NCBI GenBank assembly: GCA_963749075.1
Contig: CAVVLJ010000016.1
Coordinates: 1,314,539 to 1,378,538, forward strand
Origin: an uncultured Pseudomonadota bacterium
GTDB taxonomy: Bacteria > Pseudomonadota > Alphaproteobacteria > JACZXZ01
DNA: 64,000 nucleotides
Direction of reading: 5' to 3'
The notes under the pieces are model-generated. The model saw only the letters and a program-made list of their open reading frames with translations. It had not been told where the DNA came from and ran no database searches. Both the position numbers and the translations under genes were made by a program. Shown piece after piece: positions 23,294 to 35,513 of this stretch. The first letter of the stretch is position 1. Each line of letters opens with the position of its first letter.

Positions 23294-24133
23294 TCACTGC
23301 CGGTTCAGGTAGTACTTCGCGTGCAGCGGCGGATGGCCGAACCATTTCACGTAGATGGCGCTGTACTGGCTGAACAGACTGCCGCCGGTCATCTCCGCCA
23401 CCACGGTGTCGAGGTAGAGCCACCACTTGAAGTCGCCCTGGCGGAGGAAAATGGCGTTGTTGGTCACGTCGGTGAGCCACTCGCTGAGGATGCGGATGTC
23501 GGGATTGTCCTTGACGTACCACCAGGCCACCGGCGCATCGAGCTGGGCCGCATCGGCGCGGCCGAGCTTGACGGCATTGAACTGCGCCGCGATCGAATCG
23601 AAGGTGACGAACTTGGCCTTGGGATAGATGCGCTTGCCGCGCTCCTCCTGGACCGGCGCCGTCAGGTGGGCGACCGTGTATTTCGCGTCGTTGAGGTCGG
23701 CGAGCCGCTGGATCGGCGAATTCGCCTTCACCACCATGACGATGCCCGAATCGATATAGGGCCGCGTGAAGGCGACGCGCTGGGCGCGGTCGGCATAGAC
23801 GGTCGTCACCTGGATGCCGAAATCGATCGTGCCGTTCTCGACGTTCGGCCAGCGCGCGGCGAAGCCCTGGCGGACGAAGTCGATCTTCTGGTCGTCGCCG
23901 AACGTCGCCTTGGCCACGAGGCGCGCGATGTCGATGTCGAAGCCGACGAGCTCGCCCTTCTCGTCGACGAAGCCGAAGGGCGGCGCCTCGCTGGTGACCC
24001 CGACGATGAGCTTGCCGCGCGCCAGCACCTCGTCGAGCTTGGACTTCTCCTGGGCCATTCCCGGCTCGCCCGCGAGCGCGAGTGCTCCGAGCGCCAAGGC
24101 GGCTGCCGCCGCCCATCTCAGCAATCTTGCCAT
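23294..24133 (-). CDS. Polar amino-acid ABC substrate-binding protein (family 3)
   Basis: Signal peptide; PPFGF...GFDIDIA. Confidence 0.93.
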   Translation of the reverse strand: MARLLRWAAAAALALGALALAGEPGMAQEKSKLDEVLARGKLIVGVTSEAPPFGFVDEKGELVGFDIDIARLVAKATFGDDQKIDFVRQGFAARWPNVENGTIDFGIQVTTVYADRAQRVAFTRPYIDSGIVMVVKANSPIQRLADLNDAKYTVAHLTAPVQEERGKRIYPKAKFVTFDSIAAQFNAVKLGRADAAQLDAPVAWWYVKDNPDIRILSEWLTDVTNNAIFLRQGDFKWWLYLDTVVAEMTGGSLFSQYSAIYVKWFGHPPLHAKYYLNRQ

Positions 24134-24188
24134 GTCAGTCTCCCCTGTTCAGGTTTTCGTTGCGCTATTGTTTGCCGTGCCGTCCCCG

Positions 24189-25577
24189 CTATTCCGCGGC
24201 GGCCGTCCGCGTCCCCATGGCGAGCGAGCTCGATTGGCGGAAGTCGACGTCCTTGGGGAAGCCGTCCATCGCCCGCTTGACCGCGGTCTCGAGGCGGCCG
24301 ACCACGTCCTCGATCTCCGCCTCGCTGATGATGAGCGGCGGGCAGACGCGGAAGAAGTTCTTGACCGCGATCGTGGCGATGCCTTCGAGGAGCGCGTTGT
24401 AGCGGATGCGCTCGGCCATCGCGGGATCGGGCCGCTTGCTCTTCTTGTCGGCGACGATGTCGAGCATGTGGTAGAGGCCCATGCCGCGCACGTCGCCCAC
24501 CACCTCGTAAGTCCGCGCGATGCGGTCGAGATGGCCGCGGAGGACGGCACCCAGCCGCTCGGCGCGCTCGGCGAGCTTGTCGCGCAGCACGATCTCGAGC
24601 TGCTTCAAGGCCACGGCGGAGACGAAGGGGTCGCTCGAATAGGTGCCGGCCCAAGGGAGCCCGCACCTGCCGCGCACCTGCTCGGCGATCGCCGGCGTGG
24701 TGATGGTGCCGCAGACCGCGAGCCCGGCCGAGAGTCCCTTGCCGAAGGTGACGATGTCGGGCACCACGTCGGAATGCTCGAGCGCCCACATGCGGCCGGT
24801 GCGCGCGGGTGCCAGCTGCGCCTCGTCGAGGATGAGGAGCGCCCCCCAGCGCTTGGCAAGCTCGGCCAGGCGCGGCAGCCATTCCTTGGGCGGGACGATC
24901 ATGCCGCCCGCCACCGGAATGGTCTCGGCGATGATGCCGGCCACGTCCTGGCTGGTGACGAACTCCATCATGTCCTCGCTCTTCTTGAGGCAGTCGATGT
25001 CGCAGGCCGGATAGCTCGAATTGACCGGGCAGCGGTAGCAGAGCGGCGCCAGGATGGAATTCGACTTGGCCGGGAACATGAGCGGCCCGAGGCTCTTGCG
25101 CCGCGCGCCGCCCACGGTGGTGAGCGCCTCGACGGCCAGGCTGCCGCCATGAAGGCCGCGGATGATCGAGACGATGTCGAACTTGCCGGTGGCGGCGAGC
25201 GCCATGCGCATGGCGATCTCGTTGGCCTCCGAGCCGGTCACCGCGAAGTTCACCACCTTGAGCTCGCCCGGAAGCGTGCTGCCGAGAAGCTCGGCGAACT
25301 CGACGGCCCACGGATTGGAGTACCAGGAGGACTGGTGGACGAAGGTCCCCGCCATCTCCTTGATCGTCTCGGTGAGCTCGGGGTGGGAGTGGCCGAGCAC
25401 CATGCACATCATGCCGGAGGTCAGGTCGTAGTACTCGTTGTCGTCCATGTCGACGAGCTTGGTGCCCTTGCCGGCCTTGAAGATGACGTGCGGCGAGAAG
25501 CGCCAGCCGAAGACGGACTTGGCGTCGCGCGCCATGAGATCCGAGTGCGAGTTGGAAAAACGGAACGACTTATCCAT
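24189..25577 (-). CDS. Class III PLP aminotransferase (dialkylglycine decarboxylase-like features)
   Basis: DLTSG...LGHSHP, GSEANE, LILDEAQ, PDIVTFGKG. Confidence 0.9.
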   Translation of the reverse strand: MDKSFRFSNSHSDLMARDAKSVFGWRFSPHVIFKAGKGTKLVDMDDNEYYDLTSGMMCMVLGHSHPELTETIKEMAGTFVHQSSWYSNPWAVEFAELLGSTLPGELKVVNFAVTGSEANEIAMRMALAATGKFDIVSIIRGLHGGSLAVEALTTVGGARRKSLGPLMFPAKSNSILAPLCYRCPVNSSYPACDIDCLKKSEDMMEFVTSQDVAGIIAETIPVAGGMIVPPKEWLPRLAELAKRWGALLILDEAQLAPARTGRMWALEHSDVVPDIVTFGKGLSAGLAVCGTITTPAIAEQVRGRCGLPWAGTYSSDPFVSAVALKQLEIVLRDKLAERAERLGAVLRGHLDRIARTYEVVGDVRGMGLYHMLDIVADKKSKRPDPAMAERIRYNALLEGIATIAVKNFFRVCPPLIISEAEIEDVVGRLETAVKRAMDGFPKDVDFRQSSSLAMGTRTAAAE

Positions 25578-25622
25578 GGAATCCCCCTTGCGGCCGCCGC
25601 GGGTCCTTGCTGCCGGCGTGAA

Positions 25623-25661
25623 ATACCGTAAACCGGAATTTTACATTCAGTAAAGCGGAAT
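25623..25661. promoter_or_regulatory. Tandem IclR-type operator boxes
   Basis: ATACCGTAAACCGGAAT (25623-25639) and ATTCAGTAAAGCGGAAT (25645-25661): imperfect palindromes with a 22-bp period, upstream of the operon that ends in iclR. Confidence 0.65.
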
Positions 25662-25696
25662 CTGGAAGATCGCCGCGCAGACGAAGGCGCCACCGC

Positions 25697-26668
25697 TCAG
25701 GGCCGCACCTCGTTGAGGAGCGGCAGTCCGCTCCGCCAGCGCCGCAGGTTCTCGGCGAAGACCTCGGCATAGCGGAGCGGCCAGTCCGCCACGTTGTCCG
25801 ACGCGTGGGGCGTGAGCAGCAGGCTGGGGAGCCCCCATAAGGGGCTCGCCTGCGGCAAGGGCTCCGTCGCGAAGACGTTGAGATAGGCGCCGCCGAGACG
25901 CCCGCTCCGCAAGAGCCCGGCGAGGGCGGCTTCGTCGAGAACGGCGCCGCGGGAGGTATTGATGAGCAGCGCTCCCGGCTTCATCGCCTGAAGGAGCCCG
26001 GCGCTCATGAGGCCGCGCGTCTCGTCGGTGAGCCGCACGTGCAGCGAGACGATGTCCGCCTGGCCGATGATGCGCCCGAGCTCCGCGATCTCATGGCAGG
26101 CATCGACGGCCGGATGGGGCGAGGTGCCTCGGCGCGCCGCAAGGACCCGCATCCCCAGAGCCTTGGCATTGTGCGCCACGGCCGAGCCGATCGCCCCCAG
26201 GCCGACGATGAGCAGCGTCTGGCCGCGCAAGGGACGGAAGGCGCGGCCTTGCCAGGTCTTCTCCCGTTGTTGCTCGATGTAGCGGAGAAAATTGCCGTTG
26301 AGCGCCAGCATGGCACCGGTCACGGTCTCGGCGAGGTCGCGCGCCAGCACGCCGGCGCAATTCGTGACCGTGACCCGCCGCGGGTCCCAAGGCAGCACGT
26401 GCTCGTAGCCCGAGCCACCGACGTGGAACCACCTGACGCTCGGATGGAGGATGGCGGGGCGATGCGTCTCGCCGGGGAAGCCGGCATGCTTGAGGGAGAG
26501 CACGGCCTGCGGATCGCCGTTGCTCAGGGCCGGCTCGACCTCCGCGGGGCTGCTGGCGTAGGCGAAGGCGGTCTCAGGAAAGCTGCGCTCGAGCAGTGCG
26601 CCGACCGCTCGCGGCTCGTCGTAGATGACGAGCACCCTCTCGATCGTCGCGCGCGGCGTTCCAGGCAC
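25697..26668 (-). CDS. D-2-hydroxyacid dehydrogenase family protein
   Basis: GLGAIG, INTSRG, EPLP...PLW, LTPH. Confidence 0.92.
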   Translation of the reverse strand: MPGTPRATIERVLVIYDEPRAVGALLERSFPETAFAYASSPAEVEPALSNGDPQAVLSLKHAGFPGETHRPAILHPSVRWFHVGGSGYEHVLPWDPRRVTVTNCAGVLARDLAETVTGAMLALNGNFLRYIEQQREKTWQGRAFRPLRGQTLLIVGLGAIGSAVAHNAKALGMRVLAARRGTSPHPAVDACHEIAELGRIIGQADIVSLHVRLTDETRGLMSAGLLQAMKPGALLINTSRGAVLDEAALAGLLRSGRLGGAYLNVFATEPLPQASPLWGLPSLLLTPHASDNVADWPLRYAEVFAENLRRWRSGLPLLNEVRP

Positions 26669-26694
26669 CGGCGGCGCCTCGGGTGCTTAGTCCC

Positions 26695-27183
26695 CTAGAA
26701 CGGAATCTCGTCGTCGAGATCGCCGCCGCCGGCGCGCGGGGTGCCGCCGCTCTCGCCGCCCGATGCCCCCGGGGCGGAGCCGCCGCGGTCGTCATAGCCG
26801 CCGCCCCCGCCTCCTTCGTCCCCGCCGCCGCCGCGGCTGTCGAGGAGGGTGAGCTCGCCGCGATAGCGCTGCAGCACCACCTCGGTCGTGTATTTCTCCT
26901 GGCCGCTCTGGTCGGTCCATTTGCGCGTCTGCAACTGGCCCTCGAGGTAGACCTTGGAGCCCTTCTTGAGGAATTTCTGCGCCACCTCGCCGAGCCGGTC
27001 GTTGAAGATCACCACCCGGTGCCACTCGGTCTTCTCGCGCCGCTCGCCGCTCGCCTTGTCGCGCCAGTTCTCCGACGTCGCAACCGAGAGATGTACGATG
27101 GCGTCGCCCGCCTGGGTTCGGCGCACCTCGGGATCGCGGCCGAGATTGCCGATCAAAATCACCTTGTTGACGCTTCCCGCCAT
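26695..27183 (-). CDS. ssb: Single-stranded DNA-binding protein
   Basis: [19 protein letters not shown]; Gly-rich tail; DLDDEIPF. Confidence 0.98.
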   Translation of the reverse strand: MAGSVNKVILIGNLGRDPEVRRTQAGDAIVHLSVATSENWRDKASGERREKTEWHRVVIFNDRLGEVAQKFLKKGSKVYLEGQLQTRKWTDQSGQEKYTTEVVLQRYRGELTLLDSRGGGGDEGGGGGGYDDRGGSAPGASGGESGGTPRAGGGDLDDEIPF

Positions 27184-27302
27184 GGCCGCCCCCCTCTCGT
27201 CCCACTGTGCCGCACTGGTTGAGTACTTTAGCTCCAAACGACGGTCTTGATAAGGCGCTCTTTGGCTCGGTCGCGACTGCGGCGCCGGGTCTCTCGCCTG
27301 CG

Positions 27303-27647
27303 TCAGGGCGGATCGAAAGCAAATATCGCGGCAAGCATTGCTGCCACGTCGGCAGCGGTCTTCTCATCGGCCGTGCCGAGGCGTTTCACGAGCCGCACCT
27401 TGGCCACCGTCCGGATGTGGTCGAGCGCCACTTGCCCGTCCTTGCGCCGAAAGCGGATCGGCACCCGTGAGGGATAAGCGCGCCGCACCGCGGTCATGGG
27501 TGCCACAATGACCGTGCGAAGATGCCGGTTCATCTCATCGGGCGGCACGATAAGACGGGGCCGCGTCATTTGGATTTCCGCGCCGAGCGCGGGATCGAGA
27601 TCGACGAGCAGGATGTCAAAACGACGGACGACTGTCACCACCTCCAT
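27303..27647 (-). CDS. PemK/MazF family toxin, possibly degenerate
   Basis: [39 protein letters not shown]. Confidence 0.85.
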   Translation of the reverse strand: MEVVTVVRRFDILLVDLDPALGAEIQMTRPRLIVPPDEMNRHLRTVIVAPMTAVRRAYPSRVPIRFRRKDGQVALDHIRTVAKVRLVKRLGTADEKTAADVAAMLAAIFAFDPP

Positions 27648-27719
27648 TCCGCCGTCGAGCTCCCAGGCGCGCCCTCGCAGAACGCGGACACGTCGGCGCC
27701 GTCTCGCGGAGGAGAGAAA

Positions 27720-27905
27720 CTAGCCGCTGCCCGGACTTCCCGAGTTCGGCCGCGGAGGTTGGCATTGCTGTGGCGTCGGCGGATCATCTCGAGCGGCTGC
27801 CGGCACGGCACCGTTCAATGCGCGGGCGGCCTTGGCCCGCTTGCGCCGCCGCGCCGCAAGCAGGATGAGCGTCAGCCGCTTGGCCTGTAGCCTCGAGAGG
27901 CCCAT
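27720..27905 (-). CDS. Small basic hypothetical protein (61 aa)
   Basis: Strong SD GAGGAGG just upstream of the ATG. Confidence 0.5.
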   Translation of the reverse strand: MGLSRLQAKRLTLILLAARRRKRAKAARALNGAVPAAARDDPPTPQQCQPPRPNSGSPGSG

Positions 27906-28010
27906 GGCCGCCCTCCTCGTGATGTGGATATCTCACGCTGAAAGACGTCCGCCAGCACCGCACGTGAAGCGGCGCGCGCAGCAGGCATCGGGGGCAACCG
28001 GGGGCGTCGC

Positions 28011-29432
28011 CTACTTGGCAATGAAGACCGGATCGACGCGGTTCGCCGAGCCGTCGTCCGGGGGCTTGCTGCCGAGCAGGCGCAGGCCGATGCGCTCATC
28101 GCTCACGCCTTGGTTGATGAGGTAGTCGCGCACGTTAAGCGAGCGCCTGTAGGACAGCAGGCGCGCCTGCTCCGCCTGCGCCTCGGTCGCGCCGGCATAA
28201 TAGGCGTAGAGCTGGAGGCGCAGCTCGTTGCTCTTCGCCAGCCGGCCGGCGAGCTTGTCGAGCTCGGCCTTGACCGGCTCCGTGAGCTCGGCGCTACCCG
28301 GCGCGAAGTGGATGCTGGGCGCCTTCTCGCCCGCTGCCTGGGCCGGACTCTCGGCCGCGGCCGGCTTGGCCGCGACTTGGGCCGCGGGGGCGGCACTCGC
28401 CGGCTTGGCCGGCGTCGCCGCCGGAGCGGGCGGTGCCGCCGACGTGGCTGCCGGCGCAGCGCTGGCGGGCGGCGCTGGCGCTGCTGCGGCTACCCGAGGT
28501 GCCGGTGCCGCGGGCGGCGGCGTCTCGGGCGCGGCGGCGCGTGCGGGCGCCGCTGCGGGTGGTGCGGGCGCCCGAGCCGCCGCGGCTGGCGCCGACACCG
28601 GCGTTGGGGGTGTCGCTGGCCGCGGCGTCGGGGTCGGGGTCGTCGGCGCTTGCGGCTTGGGGGCCGAGGCCGCCAAGGCCGGGGCCGCTGCCGGCCGCTT
28701 TGCAGTCGCCGGCGGCGGTTGCGGACGCGGCAACGCCGCCCGCGGAGGTGCGGCGGCGGCACTCTTGCTCGGCGTTGCCGGCGGCCCCGGCCGCGCCAGA
28801 TTTTGCATGTAGCGAAGGAGCCCGCTCGAGACGCGGCCGTCGACCGGCAGCCCGTCCTCCTGTTGGAAGAGCCGGATCGCTCGCAGCGTCTTCATCCCCA
28901 AGCGTCCGTCAGTGTCGGGCTCGTAACCGAAAGAGACGAGCAGCCGCTGGATCTCGGCAAGCTCGGGAGAGGGCGGCTCGGGCTTTGGCGTCCGCGCGGC
29001 AACGGCGGCGTACGGCTTCGCCGCTCCAGCCGCTGCCGCCGGCGCCCTTGGCGGTGGCGGTGGCGCGGGTGGAGCGGCCACAAGCGCCTTGGCCGGCGGC
29101 GCCGGCACGGGTGCCGCAGCACTCGGAGGCGCCGCGGGCGGAGCGGCGGCAACCGCCTTCTCCGGCGGCGCCGGCGCCGGTGCGGGCGCGCTTGCCGGTG
29201 CGGCGGGCGGAGCCGTGGGGGGCGTCGCCTCCGCAAGCGGCTTCGGCGGCATCGCAGCGGGTGCCGCCGCGGAGGGTGCGGCGGTGCTCGGCGTGCTCAC
29301 CTCGACGCTCCTGGCCAATGGTGCCGGAGCCGGGGACTGCCGGGACACGTAATAGACCGCCGCGATGGCGGCCGCCGCTGCAACCACGCCGAGCCCGAGC
29401 AAGAGCGCCGATATCTTCACTTGCGTCGCCAA
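28011..29432 (-). CDS. Membrane-anchored protein with PG_binding_1 and OmpA-like domains joined by Pro/Ala linkers
   Basis: N-terminal TM; IQRLL..FGY...DG.LG.KT..AIR.FQ...GLPVDG; IHFAPGSAEL...LSYRRSLNVRDYL...NRVD. Confidence 0.85.
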   Translation of the reverse strand: MATQVKISALLLGLGVVAAAAAIAAVYYVSRQSPAPAPLARSVEVSTPSTAAPSAAAPAAMPPKPLAEATPPTAPPAAPASAPAPAPAPPEKAVAAAPPAAPPSAAAPVPAPPAKALVAAPPAPPPPPRAPAAAAGAAKPYAAVAARTPKPEPPSPELAEIQRLLVSFGYEPDTDGRLGMKTLRAIRLFQQEDGLPVDGRVSSGLLRYMQNLARPGPPATPSKSAAAAPPRAALPRPQPPPATAKRPAAAPALAASAPKPQAPTTPTPTPRPATPPTPVSAPAAAARAPAPPAAAPARAAAPETPPPAAPAPRVAAAAPAPPASAAPAATSAAPPAPAATPAKPASAAPAAQVAAKPAAAESPAQAAGEKAPSIHFAPGSAELTEPVKAELDKLAGRLAKSNELRLQLYAYYAGATEAQAEQARLLSYRRSLNVRDYLINQGVSDERIGLRLLGSKPPDDGSANRVDPVFIAK

Positions 29433-29723
29433 TCTCCAGCTGGAGGGCCTAGCCGATAGGCCCGGCCCGCTTGTGGCCGCCGAGGTTGCGCAAGAACAGC
29501 GATGGATACCGCTCCCAACGAGCTCGCCGGTACGGCAGTGTCATGGACCGCCTTCGACTGCGAGTCAACGCAATGCGAGATGACACGCCCCGGCAAACAT
29601 TATGGAATTTTGCCGCAGCGGCACGCTCGGTGCCATGGCCGGGCCGGCTGCCCCACGGCCGGTGCCGCAAGCGCAGCGGAGGACCCCTTCCAGGCGGATA
29701 AAGGCAACCGCGCGCGGGATTTG

Positions 29724-29752
29724 TTGACTGTAGGTACATTTGGGGGTACGCA
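29724..29752 (+). promoter_or_regulatory. brnTA promoter with overlapping palindromic operator
   Basis: TTGACT-17 bp-TACGCA; palindrome TGTAGGTACA at 29729-29738; TTG start 5 nt after the -10, suggesting leaderless mRNA. Confidence 0.55.
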
Positions 29753-29757
29753 AGCCA

Positions 29758-30027
29758 TTGGAATTCGAGTGGGATGCCGAAAAGCGGCCGATGAATTTGG
29801 GCAAGCACGGTCTCGACTTCCGCGACGCCTGCCGTCTTTTTGACGGCCGGCCGCTCTACACCTACCCGTCGCCGCGCGAGGGCGAGGACCGTTTCGTCAG
29901 CGTCGGCTTCATCGGGCATCGGCTCATTGCGGTGGTGTGGCTCGAACGCGACAGGGTTATCCGGATCATTTCGATGAGGAGGGCGAGAGATGGCGAAACA
30001 GGGGCGTACCGTGCGTTACTCGGCTGA
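29758..30027 (+). CDS. brnT: BrnT family toxin
   Basis: FEWDAEKR..N..KHGLDF, EDRF..VG, RIISMRRA. Confidence 0.92.
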   Translation: MEFEWDAEKRPMNLGKHGLDFRDACRLFDGRPLYTYPSPREGEDRFVSVGFIGHRLIAVVWLERDRVIRIISMRRARDGETGAYRALLG

Positions 30028-30310
30028 GAGACTGCGCAAGATGAAAAGCAAGACCGACTGGGCCAAGGTCGACGCCATGGCCCAAGAGGACGTCGAGCGG
30101 CTGGCCGACGAGGAGGAAGGACCGCTCCCGCAAGGCTGGGAAGCCGGGATCAGCCTCGGGTTGCCGCCGGGCAAGGAAGCGGTGAAGCTGCGCATCGACC
30201 GCGATGTGTTGGCGTGGTTCCGCGCCACGGGCAAGGGCTATCAGACCCGCATCAACAACGTCTTGCGCGCCTTCGTGCACGCCCGGCACGCTCCGCCGGC
30301 GCCGAAATAG
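29990..30310 (+). CDS. brnA: BrnA family antitoxin
   Basis: TDW.KV; LRIDRDVLAWFRATGKGYQTRINNVLR. Confidence 0.93.
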   Translation: MAKQGRTVRYSAERLRKMKSKTDWAKVDAMAQEDVERLADEEEGPLPQGWEAGISLGLPPGKEAVKLRIDRDVLAWFRATGKGYQTRINNVLRAFVHARHAPPAPK

Positions 30311-30421
30311 CCGGGGCGCCATGCGGCGCGCGTCCTCGGCCGCGGGTCCCGAAAGAGGAGTCGATTTTTCCGCCGGCACGCCTATATTCGTTCTCGGCTT
30401 CCCTCCGGCCCCAGAGCTGAC

Positions 30422-33294
<2,873 letters not shown>

Positions 33295-33298
<4 letters not shown>

Positions 33299-33975
33299 GC
33301 GTAGCCATGACCGCCATCGCTGCGTTCCTGCTCGCCTTTCCGGCGTTGTTCTCGATCATCAACCCGATCGGCGGAGCGCTGATCTTCAACGAGGCGACGG
33401 CCGACTTGACCCGGGCAGACAAGCGCTGGGTGGCGGGGCGCGTCGGCCTCTACTCGCTCGTGGTGATGCTCGGCGCGCTCTGGGGCGGCGCCTATGTGCT
33501 CAACTTCTTCGGGGTCTCGCTCGCGGCGCTGCGCATCGCCGGCGGCACGGTGGTGGCGCTCAATGCCTGGACTCTATTGATGACGCGCGAGCGCCACGAG
33601 GATCGCAAGCGCCGCCAGGCCGAGACCGAGCCGGGCGGCGCCGAGGGCGATGCGCGGGAGATGGCGTTCTTCCCGCTCACCATGCCCTATACGACGGGGC
33701 CCGGGACGATCGCGGTCGCCATCACGATGGGCGCCGAGCGGCCGGCGAACGGCATCGGCCTGCTCGCCTTCTTCGTCGGCGTCAGCGCGGCGGCCGTGGC
33801 GAACGCCGCGATCGTGTGGATCGGCTATCGCTTCGCCGAGCGCGTCACCGGCTGGATGAGCGCTGCCGGGCGCAACATCGTGGCGCGGCTGACGGCCTTC
33901 CTGTTGCTCTGCGTCGGCGTGCAGATCCTAGTCGCAGGCGTCGGCGACGCGGTGACGGATTGGTACGCGCGGTAG
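33295..33975 (+). CDS. MarC family membrane protein
   Basis: [28 protein letters not shown]. Confidence 0.92.
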
Positions 33976-34000
33976 ATTGCCCGGGCCGCTCGGCCCCGGC

Positions 34001-34723
34001 TCAAGCGCTCGCGTCGATGCGGCAGGCGAGCGGCGCGCGCTGGCGTCCGCCGGCATCGAAGTTCCCGGGTGCCAGCCAGCACTCGAAGGCCGCCTTGAGC
34101 CGCGGCCAGTCCTGGTCGATGACCGCGTACCACGCGGTATCGCGGTTGCGGCCCTTGGTGACGACGGCCTGGCGGAAGATGCCCTCGAAGGAGAAGCCGA
34201 GCCGCACGGCCGCCTGCCGCGACGGGCCGTTGAGCACATCGCACTTCCATTCGTAGCGGCGGTAGCCGAGCTCGTCGAAGACGCGGCGCATCATGAGGAA
34301 CATCGCCTCGGTCGCAGCAACCGTGCGCTGGAGCGCCGGCGCGTAATTGATGCCCCCCACCTCGATGACGCCGTTCGGCGGATCGATGCGCATATAGGCG
34401 GCCACGCCGAGAGCGTCGCCGCTTTCGCGCTCGACGATCGCATGATAGAGCGGATCGTCCTTGAGCGAGGACTCGCGCGCCCAGGCGCGAAAGCCGCCCT
34501 CGTTCGCAAAGGGGCCGTACGGGAGATAGGTCCAATTGCGCCCCTCGCGGTCGGCCCCATAGGCGCGCCAGAGCGCGGCCGCGTGGCGCTCCGGCTCGAG
34601 CGGCTCGATGCGGCAGCAGCGCCCCTCGATGGGCAAGCGCGGCGGCTGCGGCCGCGCCTGCCAGTCCGGGAGCGGGTCGCCGACCGGCTGGCCGAGGTGA
34701 TTGACGCGTGGGGCTTGGGGCAT
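34001..34723 (-). CDS. GNAT (RimJ/RimL-like) acetyltransferase
   Basis: WTYLPYGPF, LGYRRYEWKC, RNRDTAWY. Confidence 0.92.
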   Translation of the reverse strand: MPQAPRVNHLGQPVGDPLPDWQARPQPPRLPIEGRCCRIEPLEPERHAAALWRAYGADREGRNWTYLPYGPFANEGGFRAWARESSLKDDPLYHAIVERESGDALGVAAYMRIDPPNGVIEVGGINYAPALQRTVAATEAMFLMMRRVFDELGYRRYEWKCDVLNGPSRQAAVRLGFSFEGIFRQAVVTKGRNRDTAWYAVIDQDWPRLKAAFECWLAPGNFDAGGRQRAPLACRIDASA

Positions 34724-34812
34724 GGTCGAACGGCCTCGCAGGCGGCGGCTTCAAGGCGTGGGCTGGGATCGCGGATCGCGCCGCGGCATCGCCGCGCCAA
34801 GCTACAGCAAGC

Positions 34813-35292
34813 TCAGCGGCGCGCAAGACGCATGAGATCGAGGGTGCTGCGGTCCGCGCGGCAGGCGGCCTCGAGCTCCGCGAGGCGGGCGCGCAGCTTG
34901 TCGGCGAGCCGGCGCGTCCCGGCGAGTGCTGCCGGCAGCTCGGCTTCGACGCGCGCCAGCGTGCCACCGATCTCGGGCTCGGCGAGAAGCGGGCTGCCGG
35001 AGCCCGCGAGGGTCTTGAGCTCGCGCCCGAGCTTGGCCAGCTCCTGCTCCTGCGCCTGGAGGCGGACGAGTAGACGCGCGAGCGACTGCATCTGGCGCTT
35101 GCGCAGCTCGAGCACCGCGGCCTGGCGCTTCAGCCGGTCGCGCGGGCTCCTGGCCGGGGAGCCGGGCGCCGCCTCCGGGCGCTGCAGAGCCGCATGCGCC
35201 TCGGCTAAGAGCCGCACCAGGGCCGCAGCGCGCCGCCGGTGCCCGCGCGACATCAGATAGAGCAACCACGCCGTGGCCAGATCGCCCGGCAC
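34813..35292 (-). CDS. Hypothetical helical protein
   Basis: 159-aa Leu/Ala/Arg-rich ORF filling the gap co-directionally with the GNAT gene. Confidence 0.5.
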   Translation of the reverse strand: MPGDLATAWLLYLMSRGHRRRAAALVRLLAEAHAALQRPEAAPGSPARSPRDRLKRQAAVLELRKRQMQSLARLLVRLQAQEQELAKLGRELKTLAGSGSPLLAEPEIGGTLARVEAELPAALAGTRRLADKLRARLAELEAACRADRSTLDLMRLARR

Positions 35293-35427
35293 CGCAAGGC
35301 CTCCCGCCGCAGATTTCGCAGCTATGACGCCGCATGAGCATCGGCTGTGACGGCGAAGTGCGGGCCGACTCGGGCGGCGGCGGCGGGCCCCTCCGGCGGC
35401 CCTGGCATCCGGCCTCGAGTTGGCTTA

Positions 35428-35445
35428 CCGTCACGGAAACTTCGC
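35428..35445 (+). promoter_or_regulatory. Putative Pho box upstream of ugpB
   Basis: CCGTCAC-GGAA-ACTTCGC with 11-bp half-site spacing; ugp operons are established PhoB targets. Confidence 0.4.
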
Positions 35446-35513
35446 TATCCAAGGCTGCGGCACCTATGGCATGCAAAGGCCGCCGGGGCAGACATCGAGG
35501 GGAGGACAACGAC

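Noticed and set aside
30360-30421. Alphaproteobacterial LexA box (GTTC-N7-GTTC) before uvrA
   Set aside because: Only one GTTC half-site found.
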